Assembly: GCF_001194135.2 (NCBI RefSeq)
Contig: NC_068981.1
Span: forward strand, 184,323,255-184,368,359
DNA: 45,105 nt
Direction of reading: 5' to 3'
Source of the DNA: Octopus bimaculoides
Taxonomy: Eukaryota
A program made the translations under genes and the position numbers. Below the pieces are notes generated by a model. The model ran no database searches. It saw only the letters and a program-made list of their open reading frames with translations, and had not been told where the DNA came from. Shown here one piece after another: positions 33,749 to 45,056 of the stretch (position 1 is the stretch's first letter; every line of letters begins with the position of its first letter).

Positions 33749-34761
33749 ATTTACAAACTTTATTGCTCCAAACTAACTGTAAAAAAACTGATAAGAAAAT
33801 ATGAAAATCTAAAAGAAAATGTTGAGGGAGAAGATGATAAAATACTGCAACACGTTTAATTCAGTATTGTTCTGTTTTGTTTCTTTGCTAACTTGGTGTG
33901 TCTAAAGTGAGATAAAACCCCTATATAATAAATTCTTATCAACCAGTCTACATGTATCTTCAGTTGTTATACTTCTTTGCTTTTAAAAACAAGCATTCAA
34001 AACCAAATATCTGAAACTAACATCTGTTTTCCCAAATGTTTTTTTTTTTTTCGGTAATTATATTTACTCTAGAAGATTTATTTTATTTCTATTTATTTAT
34101 TTCAATCACAGTTTGTGAACAGGCATCGTGGGTTACAGATTTCTGACAGGTCAATCACTGACTTGTTCATTACATTTCTGAGTGACAAAATGTCTCTAGT
34201 TTTTGGGGGTTTTCAACACATTGCTTTTCTCCCTTGCTGATATGCATTAATTAAAGATGTATACATATATGCCTTTATATATATATTAATCAAGTATACA
34301 GTATTATAGATCTAATTTGCTAATCTTACCTATTGGTTTTGCACTGGGTATTAGATAAAAGTGCAATTATCACCATGTGCTCTTCAGAGGTGGCAAGTAT
34401 GGAAAAAAAATATGGTGACTGCTCTCTCTTATTGGAGGTGAAAAATGTCATTCAGTTTGAGAATGCAGTGAAAAAAAGATGAAATGAAGTTGTGGGAGGC
34501 CACCACAAGCCAGATGTAACATTTTTCACTGCCAACAACAGAGAGCAGTTGTCATTTTTTTTTTCTATACCTGCCATCTCTGAAGAGTGCATGGTAACTT
34601 AACCACACTGGTATCTAAAATCCAGTCATCTAATAGCCAGTGTGAAACTGATTGGTAAGACCAGCTGAAATGGATTTATAATACTGTATACTTTGACTAA
34701 TAAACCTACTCTATTGACAAATATACGAGTGCATATTTTTCCTGACTCATGAATTCATAGA

Positions 34762-34764
<3 letters not shown>

Positions 34765-34841
<77 letters not shown>

Positions 34842-34864
34842 GATAGATAGATAGATAGATAGAT
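34765..34864. repeat. (CT)n followed by (AGAT)n
   Basis: Directly visible. Confidence 0.95.
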
Positions 34865-35504
34865 GTGCATATATATATACACATGCAGTCACAGACATGA
34901 AGTTAAGCATCAGTATTTTAGATATATGCAATCAATGAACAGTGACTGTATAATGGATTTAATACATGTGTTGAATCTAATATTTATTATAATTTTACAA
35001 ATCATATTTTGAATAATCCACCACACCACCAGTGAAACTTGAAAATCATTGTCAACAAATTGTATGTGTAACCCAGAGCATCTGTGAGATATATCTTGGA
35101 AGCACACACACACACACATAATCATTGTCCACTTTTCCATGCTTGCAGGAATTGGATGGAATTCGTTGAAGTAGATTTTTTTTTACAGCTGAATAATATT
35201 CTTGTTGCCAACCCTCCCGTTTAGGGAGGGACTTTCTTTATGGATGTTGATATTCCATAGTTTTGTTTGTCATGATTTGAATGAAACAATAACGTGCTGT
35301 TGACAATCTTTGTTACAACCAATTGTTCTACACTTTTGAAGACCAGTGGATTAAAAGAACTCCCTTACTCTGGAGGAATACTCGATATCAGGAAGGACAT
35401 CAGGCTGTAAATTGATGTTGCAAATAGTTTCCAATCAAACACTTTCTTGCATAAATAAACAGACATTAAAATGAAGGAATGAAACAAAAAAATGATCAAC
35501 CATT

Positions 35505-35722
35505 ATATGTTCAGAATTGTTAGCATGCAGGACAAAATGCTTAGTGGCATCATGTCCATCTTGACATTTTGAAGTTCAAATGCCACCAAGGTTGACTTAG
35601 CTTTTCATCTTTTCAGGGTTGATGAAATAAGTACCATTTGAACTCTGGGGTTGGGTTAGGGTTAGGGTTACTGACTATCCACCCCTAATCCCAAAATTTC
35701 AGGCCTTGTGCCTATAATGGAA
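35505..35722 (+). mobile_element. SINE family C containing GGTTGGGTTAGGGTTAGGGTTA at 35649-35670
   Basis: Family core present; the telomeric tract occupies the position of consensus GTCGATGTAATC. Confidence 0.75.
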
Positions 35723-36155
35723 ACAATTATGTGTGTATGTTAATGTTGTTTAGGCCCAAGTCAGCTCTGATTCACCATTCCTATGACCAAAGATGTTCAA
35801 GTTGTGAACGTCCAGTTTTTTCTTATTCAGGCATAGTGTATCTAGGATTAAATTATTTTAAGATAGTAGAGTGTGAAGGAGTAGTCACTGTTGTGTCTAA
35901 CAGAATGGCTGATTAACAGAGATTATCTAGTTAACTTGGTATGTATGTGAGATTAGTAGTCAGCAATATATCAGTTAAGTACATGATTTATAAATTCTTT
36001 CTATTCATAAAGTCTTTGTTCAAATGAATTTAAGAACAAAGAAATTGAGAGGTTAAAATAAGGTTACTACTGAAATTTCTAAGCCATTGTTGAACTTTTA
36101 CACCTTCAGCATGAAGCATAGTAAACTGTAATATAGCTTATAATAAAACTCATGT

Positions 36156-36512
36156 AAACATGGCTGCATGGTAAAGAAGTATGCTTTGCAACTATGTGGT
36201 TCTGGGTTCAGTTCCACTGTGTGGCACCTTGTGCAAGTGTCTTCTATTATAGCCTTGGGCCAACTGATATCTTATGAGTGAATTTGGTTGAAAGAAACTG
36301 AAAGAAGCCTCTCGTGTGTGTGTGTGTGTGTATGTTTGTGTTTGTTACCTTCACTGCTTGACAACCAGTGTTGGTTTGTTTATGTTCCTATAACTTAGTG
36401 GTTCAGGAGAAGTGATTAGTAGAATAAATCTTAGACTTAAAATAATTACTGGGGTAACCAAACAAGGTGGTGCTCCAGCATGCCCACAGCTCAATGACTG
36501 AAAGAAGTAAAA
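36156..36512 (+). mobile_element. SINE family A, degenerate, full length
   Basis: Family motifs. Confidence 0.8.
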
Positions 36513-36671
36513 CTAACACACACGCACACGCACACACACACACACACACATAAACACACACACACACACACATACTACTTACCCTAGAAGATAAAATCAA
36601 ACAAACAAAAGGACCCATCATAATATGACTTTCTCAAACCTTCACTAACCTGAAGATTTCCACCCTGTCTG

Positions 36672-37080
36672 GGTAGATATGACTGTGTGGTTAAGAAGTT
36701 TGCTTCCAGCAACATAGTTTCAGGTTCAGTCCCACTGCACAGCACCCTGGTCAAATATCTTCTACCATAGCCTCAGACCAGTCAAAACCTTATGAGTGGA
36801 TTTAGTAGATGGAAACTGAAAGAAACCCATTGTGCATTGTGCATATGTATAAAACAAATGCAGTGTGGAAGGTGTTTAAAAGCCATTTAAGCCAGACACA
36901 GACAGACACACACACACAATAAGCTTCCAGCAGTTTCTGTCTATCAAATTCACTCCCAAGGCATTAGTTAGCCCAGGGCTACAGCAGAAGACACTTGCCC
37001 AAGGTGCTGTGCAGTAGGACTGAACCCAAAACGACATGGTTGCTAAGCAAGCTTCTTAACTTCACAGCCATACTTGTAGC
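36672..37080. mobile_element. Inverted pair of family A heads (+ 36672-36835, - 36915-37080)
   Basis: Both heads recognisable; about 75-bp spacer. Confidence 0.78.
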
Positions 37081-37151
37081 TAAAAATGTAGATTTTTAAA
37101 GGAATGCTATGATTAAATGAATTGATTTAAGCACAAGCCTATTGGAAGGGT

Positions 37152-37385
37152 TCATCATCATCATCATCTTCATCATTTAATGTCTATTTTCCATGCTGGT
37201 ATGTATTGTACAGTTTGAGAGGAGCTGACCAGCCTGAAGGGCTGTTCAGGCTCCCTGTCTGTTTTGGCATGGTTTCTACGGCTGGATGCCCTTCCTAAGG
37301 CCAACCACTTTACAGAGTCTGCTTGCGTGCTTTTATGCGGCACTGGCATGGGTGCTTTTTACGTAGCACCAGCACCTATGAGCCC
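37152..37385 (-). mobile_element. Family D-like RTE-tailed element
   Basis: (CAT)n, TTTTCCATGCTGG, GGCTGGATGCCCTTCCTAAGGCCAACCAC. Confidence 0.7.
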
Positions 37386-39569
37386 ATGAGATTAAGGATA
37401 CTCAACTGCAGAGGGTTATATGGTAAATTCAACCATAGCAGGATTTGAACTCAGAATGTAGAGGGATGAATTTTAACTACCAATCACAAGTCAGTTAGCG
37501 GAATACGCTGCCTTCTTTTGTTTGTTTTATTCATCTTTTGTGTTTATAGTATCGTATTCTACTATCATATATACAATTGGTAATGCTTAAGTCAGAGTCC
37601 TTAATTAAGCTTGTCAGTATGTTAGCAATAACAGTGTAATCTAAACCAGATAGCCTGAGGTCGAGATCTATTAGACACTTAATTATAATGTTTATATTAG
37701 CTTAAAGATTTTACAGTAAACAAACATATAAAATTAGTTTCTCACTTTTGTTCTTCTGTAACTTAACATCAAATGTTCAAAGTTTAGATGTGAAAAAGAT
37801 ACCTATACTATATAATAAAGAAAGCTGCTTATAAATTTAGATATGAATTTGTAACTTTTACTAAAAGAAAGCAAGTATTAAAGTCTACACTGTTTAGAAA
37901 ATTCTTATAAATTACAATTTTAATATGTTATCAAAATGTGATTTGTAAAATATTTTTGTTATTGAATATTTCAGCATTCATTCACAAAACTAATTTTAAT
38001 TCACTATGACATAATCATCTTACACTGCATGATTGTTTTTTTTAACCTCTGTTTATACTCCTCTGGGAATACAAAGTTGCCCGATATTTGCAACACTACT
38101 TTCTACAGAATTATCAGTAAATATATTTCTCCAAATTAAAAGTTTACACCAGCATCATCCAAAATATGTTGACCTCAATATCCTTTCATATTTATTGGTT
38201 GTTGAAGACAATAAACTGAGAGCTTCTTCACAGCCATTCTAAGTCAACATAATAACCTGGTTTCTTTTAACTTGTAATGCTATCTTTGAGTACTTGATAT
38301 TATTCTAAATTTATTTGTTAAGCAAATGAGTTCTGTAAGACAAAGGATATAAAGATACAAAGGCAAATTAGATGTGGTATATATATAAGAAAAATTACAA
38401 AAATTAGGAATTCATCATCATCATTGTTTAACATCCGCTTTCCATGCTAGCATGGGTTGGACAATTTGACTGAGGACTTAGCGGTTTGGCAAAAGAGACT
38501 TATAGAATAAGTACTAGGCTTAAAAAGAAAGGACTAGGGTCAATTCATTGAACTAAAAATTACTCAAGATGGTGCTCCAGTATGGCTACAGTCTGATGGC
38601 TGCAACAAACAAAGGATAAAAGGTATTCAAGAATGCAATTGCACTCCTTAGTGCAGGAATCAAAACCACAAACTTGCAATCATGAATGCAACAGCCTAAC
38701 CTCTAGGCCATGCATCATCGTATCTAGAACAGATGAGACTAAATTAAATTCCATGTTATTTATGGAAAAGCTTTCTTCTTTTAATGTTTGCATAAGACTT
38801 GCCCATAGATTCACAAGCACTCAAAGACTGGTGAGAACGACACCATTAACATATCATTTAAACTGTTCTTTCAGTTGTTTCAATCATTGGATTGCAGCCA
38901 TACAACAGCTTGCATATAAATCTTGTGTATATTAAAAGACTTTGAGATGCTCTGCAGGTTTTTATAGAGAGTTATCTCCCTTGCTCGATATTTTTATCAG
39001 TGCATGACAGGAACTGGCAGGGTATAAATGGTGGTCCCCTGCACTGTTTGGAGGGAGGAGTTTCTGCCATGAGGTTCCCTGTGGTACAGCAGAATTCGAA
39101 CAATGTTCATTGTGGCATCCGTTCAAGTATGAACAATATTACCCAGCTAGCAGTCTAGTCGGTCATTACTCTTTGGTGTGAATCTGCTCCTACCAGCTAA
39201 GAAAACATTCATGTGTGTTTGTCTGTGTGTTTTTATGCTTTTTACAGTGAAAATTTTCCTATATGTTTAAAATTCTATAATAAAAGATTTAAAAACTGTA
39301 GTTTTATTACTTCAAAATCTATTTCATCACCACCTCCACATCCATTTTCCCATGTTGGCATGGGTTTGATGAAACTTGTTTAGGCAGATATTCTGTGGTC
39401 AGAGGCTCTTTTTACCCATTTCCCAAGGTATTTCCATTCCACTAGTCCTCCTCAGGTGTCAGAAACATCAGTAGTTTTGCTTATCAGAGAATGTAAACCA
39501 CAACACAGGTGCTAAGACACTTGGAAATGATATTCCAACACAGTTACACATGCACACATACACTTACAT

Positions 39570-39612
<43 letters not shown>

Positions 39613-39989
39613 TACACACAATTATGAAGGAGAGAGGTGGTTCTGCTCAATTTCTGTTTGCCTATCTTGCTGAAAAGGCATTGATTAGTTTCATAGACAT
39701 GTATCCAAAGTGTCATTCAGTGTCACTGAACCCAGAGCCTTGTTGTTTGTGTGTGTGTGTGTGTATGTANNNNNNNNNNNNNNNNNNNNNNNNNNNNNNN
39801 NNNNNNNNNNNNNNNNNNNNNNNNNNNNNNNNNNNNNNNNNNNNNNNNNNNNNNNNNNNNNNNNNNNNNNNNNNNNNNNNNNNNNNNNNNNNNNNNNNNN
39901 NNNNNNNNNNNNNNNNNNNNNNNNNNNNNNNNNNNNNNNNNNNNNNNNNNNNNNNNNNNNNNNNNNNNNNNNNNNNNNNTACATGGCAT

Positions 39990-40345
39990 AAGAAGCACAG
40001 GCGAGATCAGTTTTGGCAGGATTTTTACAGCTGGGTGCCCTTCCTAACACCCACCACTCAGCAGAATGGACTTAGTGCTTTTTACATGGCACAAGCACTG
40101 GTGAGGTCAGTTTTGGCAAGGCTTTTACAGCTGGATGCCCTTCCAAATGCCAACCACTTTACATTGTGGACTGGGTGCTTTTAAGGGGCACCTGCACTGA
40201 CAGGGTCACCAAGTACTTGCAAGACATTAAAGAAAAAAGAAAACAAAATCAGCATGTTCACTTAATGTCTGTTTCCCATGCTGGCATGGGTTGGCTGGCT
40301 CGACAGGATCTGCTGCAAGGTTGTGATAAACTCCAGTGTAGGTTT
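39990..40345 (-). mobile_element. Rearranged family D-like fragments with an approximately 100-bp tandem duplication
   Basis: CAGTTTTGGCA...TTTTACAGCTGG(G/A)TGCCCTTCC occurs twice (about 40008 and 40108). Confidence 0.6.
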
Positions 40346-41030
40346 TGGCAAGACACACATACATACACACACACACACATACATACATACATACATACAT
40401 ACATACATGTGTGCATGCACAAACATTTACACTATGTGCAAAGTAATAAATATAAATAACAAAAGTGTATAGGTATGTATACCTACAATGGTGGTGGTGG
40501 TGTCAGNNNNNNNNNNNNNNNNNNNNNNNNNNNNNNNNNNNNNNNNNNNNNNNNNNNNNNNNNNNNNNNNNNNNNNNNNNNNNNNNNNNNNNNNNNNNNN
40601 NNNNNNNNNNNNNNNNNNNNNNNNNNNNNNNNNNNNNNNNNNNNNNNNNNNNNNNNNNNNNNNNNNNNNNNNNNNNNNNNNNNNNNNNNNNNNNNNNNNN
40701 NNNNNNNNNNNNNNNNNNNNNNNNNNNNNNNNNNNNNNNNNNNNNNNNNNNNNNNNNNNNNNNNNNNNNNNNNNNNNNNNNNNNNNNNNNNNNNNNNNNN
40801 NNNNNNNNNNNNNNNNNNNNNNNNNNNNNNNNNNNNNNNNNNNNNNNNNNNNNNNNNNNNNNNNNNNNNNNNNNNNNNNNNNNNNNNNNNNNNNNNNNNN
40901 NNNNNNNNNNNNNTTTTGCTTATTTAGTTTTAATTTATGAAAGCACCTGAAATTTCAAAGATTTCAAGTTGGAACTTGAAGAAAGAAAGAGTTTGTTATA
41001 ACTGACACCAATTCTAGGCTCATATATCTC

Positions 41031-41070
<40 letters not shown>

Positions 41071-41150
41071 TCATGAGTTTGTACATGTTTTTATATTTAC
41101 TAAATTCTGCTCCTATACTATTAGTCAGACTTAGGTTATAATATCTGTCA

Positions 41151-41566
41151 GGTGCAGGCATAGCCGTGTGGTTAAGAAGCTTGCTTTCCAACCATGTGAT
41201 TTCAAGTTTAATCCTGTTGCATGGAACTTTTGTCTTCAACTATGGCTATGTTCAACCAAACTCTTCTTAGTGGATTTGGTAAATGGAGACTAAAAGAGTT
41301 CCATTGTGTGTATGTGTGTATACATATGTGTGTATGTGTGTATACATATATGTGTGCATGTGTCCTTGTCTTGACATCATGTGATGGTTATAGAACAGCA
41401 TTCCTTCCCAATCTTCCATAACAAACATGTCCGGCCTGGTGAAATACGACCTTGCTTGGAAACAAATGAAGATTGGTGACAAGAAAGGCATCCATCTGTA
41501 AAAAATATGCCATCAACAAATTCTGTCTGATCCTTACATAAAGTAGACATTAAAACAATGATAATG
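41151..41566 (+). mobile_element. Chimeric SINE: family A head, (TG)n hinge, family E RTE-type tail
   Basis: Head GGTGCAGGCATAGCCGTGTGGTTAAGAAG; tail ...GGTGACAAGAAAGGCATCCATCTGTAAAAAAT...GACATTAAAACAATGATAATG. Confidence 0.72.
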
Positions 41567-41754
41567 TGTGTATGATGATACATCATCTTTTAGCTTCTGC
41601 TTTCCATGCTGGCATGGGTTGGACGATTTGACTGAAATGGGTATTCCAGAGAGCTGCACCAAGTTGCAATCCGATTTGGCATGGTTTCTACAGCTGGATG
41701 CCCTTCCTAATGCCAACTGCTCCAAATGTGTGTGTGTGTGTGTTTATGTGTGAA

Positions 41755-41998
41755 GGTGCGTAGCTTAGTGGTTAGGGTGTTGCACTCACAATTGTTAGAT
41801 CGTGGTTTCGATTCCCAGACCAGACGTTGCATTGTGTACTTGAGCAAGGCACTTCATTTTATATCGACAAGTGGCACACGGTGCAGTTGTACAGGTAATG
41901 TCGATTTCATGGAGGAAGTTAGCTTGTGTGAACACAAAAATTTGATTACTATAAGCAAATCCTGTTTGTGGTTGTTCAGCAAGAAATTGCTACACCCT
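41755..41998 (+). mobile_element. SINE family B variant (same tail as 28018 and 28665)
   Basis: GGTGCGTAGCTTAGTGGTTAGGG...GTTTCGATTCCC; ACTTGAGCAAGGCACTTC core. Confidence 0.8.
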
Positions 41999-42804
41999 CA
42001 TATGTTGTATATATATATATATATATATAGTTGACTATATATAGTCCATCTGTTCATTTGTTTAGCATCTGTTTGCCACACTACTATAGTAGGGAAGATA
42101 CTTAAAGCAAGATCTTTACAGCTGGGTGCTCTTTTCTTGTCACCAATCCTTACATGTTTTTCATTTCAGAGGAATTCAAAAGTGCAGAGCTAACAGACAT
42201 TTTGCTAACCAGAAATACCAGCAATTGTCACTGTGTGCAGCCCTGTCACAAATGTGACATCACTGTTTGGGACTGTAATGCAGTGCAGATTGTAAACAAT
42301 CACACAAAGAAGTGAACGTACACATACACACACATATATATATATATGTATATCTATCTAGTTATGTGGTGAGGTTCTTATAGTTCCCCTCACTGGGTAT
42401 TGATTGATCCAGGGCTAGCTATTGGAGAAGACATTGAGGTTGTCATGCACTGGGACTGAATCTGATAGCATGTGACTGGAGAATGGACATCTTAATGTCA
42501 CAGTTATGACTGATGATGATGATTATATATCATTATCATCAGATTCTTTTATGTGTAGATAATCCTCCTGTCACTAATCCTCAACTGTTTTCATGCAAGG
42601 CCATATCGACCCTAGCCTGGGCTTGTTTTCATTGAAGATTCCAAACAAATGACACCACTCACATGTCAGCAAACTTGTTTACAATTAATGCAGGATGTGG
42701 AGACAGACACTCACACACATGCTCCTGCACACACACACACACTCACACACACATTTTAATAATACACTTATTTTTATACATTCAAATATATACATAGACA
42801 TATT

Positions 42805-43061
42805 TGTGCAGGTGACACGTAAAATACACCATTTTGAGCGTTGCTGTTGCCAGTACCGCCTGACTGGCCTTCGTGCTGGTGGCATGTAAAAGCACCCACT
42901 ACACTCTCGGAGTGGTTGGCGTTAGGAAGGGCATCCAGCTGTAGAAACTCTGCCAAATCAGATTGGAGCCTGGTGTAGCCATCTGGTTTCACCAGTCCTC
43001 AGTCAAATCGTCCAACCCATGCTAGCATGGAAAGCGGACGTTAAACGATGATGATGATGAT
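42805..43061 (+). mobile_element. Family D RTE-tailed retroposon, low divergence
   Basis: Ends AACCCATGCTAGCATGGAAAGCGGACGTTAAACGATGATGATGATG. Confidence 0.9.
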
Positions 43062-43398
43062 ATATGATGATTACCTAATTTTATCAGATGATAGCCATCT
43101 TACATTCAGCCTGATGAGTCTGATCTACCTTCATCCTTACATGTGTGGAGATTTGACTTTTCAGAGGATGCATCCATTGTCATAGAACTTTATAAAATAC
43201 AAAACAGATCAAGAAATGAAATGATAGCAAGACAGTGGGCTTTCTCAGTTTCTATCAACCATATTCACTCACAAGGCATTGGCTGGCCCCGGGCTATGAT
43301 AGAAGATACTTACCCAACGTGCTTCATGGTGAGACTGAACCCCAAACCACATAATTGTGAAGCAAACGTCTTCACGACACAACTATACCTGTAGATAT

Positions 43399-43631
43399 CA
43401 GGGCTGTGGAGTCAGTCGGAAACAATTAAGGGCTAGCTGGAGTCAGAGTCGGTAAAACTATAACGACTGACTCGCAATATCTTTATTCTTTAATATAAAC
43501 CAGTTATAACATATAGGCTTACCCAAAGTTCAAGCGTATGCATATGCTTTATGAGATATGTAGACCACAATCACTTTATTACATAAAGAGGAGTCGGAGT
43601 CAAAGTTTTTTGTTTCAACTCCACAGCCCTG
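43399..43631. mobile_element. hAT-like MITE (233 bp)
   Basis: Perfect 14-bp TIR CAGGGCTGTGGAGT / ACTCCACAGCCCTG; 8-bp TSD GTAGATAT / GCAGATAT (7/8); subterminal GGAGTC(A/G)GA repeats. Confidence 0.85.
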
Positions 43632-43734
43632 GCAGATATATATATATACCCCATGCACACACATGCTCACAAACACATTCATACACTTATACATATATAC
43701 ATAGATATACATAAACACACATCTATGTACAATA

Positions 43735-44062
43735 GGCTTTCTTTCATTTTCTGTCTACCAAATCCAGTTAGTCCTGGGACTACAGTAGAAGACACTTGTC
43801 CAATTGCCCAAAGTGTAACGAAGTGAGACTGAACCTAGAACCATGTGGTTGGAAAAGCAGACTTCTTAACCATACAACCTTGCCTGCACTTATATACACA
43901 TACAACTGCAGGCATGGCTGTGTGGTAGGAAGCTTGCTTCTTAACCACATGGTTCCAGGTTCAGTCCCACTGTTTGGCACCTTAGGCAAGTGTCTTTTAT
44001 AGCCTTGGGCCAACCAAAGCCTTGTGGGTGGATTTGGTAGGCAGAAACTGAAAGAAGCCTAT
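43735..44062. mobile_element. Divergent (head-to-head) pair of family A heads (- 43735-43885, + 43905-44062)
   Basis: Both heads recognisable, about 20 bp apart. Confidence 0.78.
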
Positions 44063-44074
44063 CAAGCATATATG

Positions 44075-44117
<43 letters not shown>

Positions 44118-44120
<3 letters not shown>

Positions 44121-44320
44121 GCACAATTTTGTCAGTGAACAGGTCGCGGTCTCAAAGCGATGAAAATATTTTGACAAATTAAATTTAAATGTTGAAGTGA
44201 ATCTGACGGCTTTTGTGTGTTATTTTAAATGGCTTATAAACACCTTCCACGCTGCAATTGTTTTCATTCCAGCACACGATCTCAGATCAGGTCACTTGCT
44301 ATGCAAGTTCATCTCCGTAA
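44118..44320 (+). mobile_element. Short repeat embedded in (TA)n; candidate Penelope-like or retrozyme-type element
   Basis: Flanked on both sides by (TA)n; a partial inverted copy lies at about 36850-36890; contains the hammerhead-like fold. Confidence 0.5.
44128..44178 (+). ncRNA. Candidate minimal type I hammerhead ribozyme with a non-canonical core (G3-C8)
   Basis: Helix I TTTGTCA (44128-44134) with TGACAAA (44172-44178); core GTGAACA (44135-44141) plus extra G; helix II GTCGC/GCGAT; GAA; palindrome AATATT (44165-44170); H17 = T at 44171. Confidence 0.55.
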
Positions 44321-44326
44321 TATATA

Positions 44327-44821
44327 TATATTTATCTTTATAATCAAGGATAAAATCTATATAAGATTTTATTAAGTAGTTAGCATGTAATAAACCATAT
44401 AGGTAAAAACTGATACAAAATATATAATTATAGTAAAGGCACTAATGAGTAGTGCCACATGCTAGAAATAGATGCCAAATAACTCTAAGAACTACATTAT
44501 TTACCACATTGGCACAGGCTGAAATTGAGGGAAATGAACAAAAAAGGTTTTATTTAAATGGTTCAATCATAGATCAATTTCCAGTTTAGGGATGTAACCC
44601 AAAGTACATGATTATAAACATTTATACATACCCACATGAATAAATGTATCCACAAGCGCATATACAAATGTTCATGCTTATGTACAAGCTAAATCTAATT
44701 CGTTCATCTCAGTCACATGCTGATATGATCAAAATAATACCACAGTAAATAAATTGGTTGGAGTGATTTATATTTATCTTTATAATCAAGGATAAAATCT
44801 GTATAAGATTTTATCAAGTAG
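44327..44821. repeat. 53-bp direct repeat (44327-44379 and 44769-44821), 2 mismatches
   Basis: TATATTTATCTTTATAATCAAGGATAAAATCT(A/G)TATAAGATTTTAT(T/C)AAGTAG. Confidence 0.9.
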
Positions 44822-44869
44822 GATCTGTGTGGTTTTTGTCACTGTTTACAATTATCTTCAAAAAAAAGT

Positions 44870-45056
44870 TTTTTTACTCTCTTTTACTCTTTTACTTGTT
44901 TCAGTCATTTGACTGCGGCCATGCTGGAGCACCGCCTTTAGTCGAGCAAATCGACTGCGGACTTATTCTATTGGTCTCTTTTGCCGAACTGCTAAGTTAC
45001 GGGGACGTAAACACACTACCATCGGTTGTCAAGCAATGTTGGGGGGACAAACACAT

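Noticed and set aside
4887-40950. Long ORFs containing X runs (4887, 8602-9518, 19727, 22459-23410, 29375, 39624, 40465)
   Set aside because: They are open only because they cross N gaps.
41755-41830. tRNA-like heads (also 18577, 25839, 28018)
   Set aside because: A and B boxes are present but no complete cloverleaf or acceptor stem, and each continues into a SINE body.
9705-42992. Recurrent peptide LQSDLAEFLQLDALPNANHSESVV (9705, 19493, 23865, 28290, 42774)
   Set aside because: Antisense translation of the non-coding family D tail, not a gene family.
43105-43160. Canonical CTGATGA hammerhead box (also near 291, 8082 and 42507)
   Set aside because: No helix II followed by GAAA and no helix I pairing.
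2861-44013. Recurrent peptides like RRHLPKVP...EPRTMWLGSKLLTTQP and HMVPGSVPL...LGKCLLL
   Set aside because: Translations of the family A SINE head.
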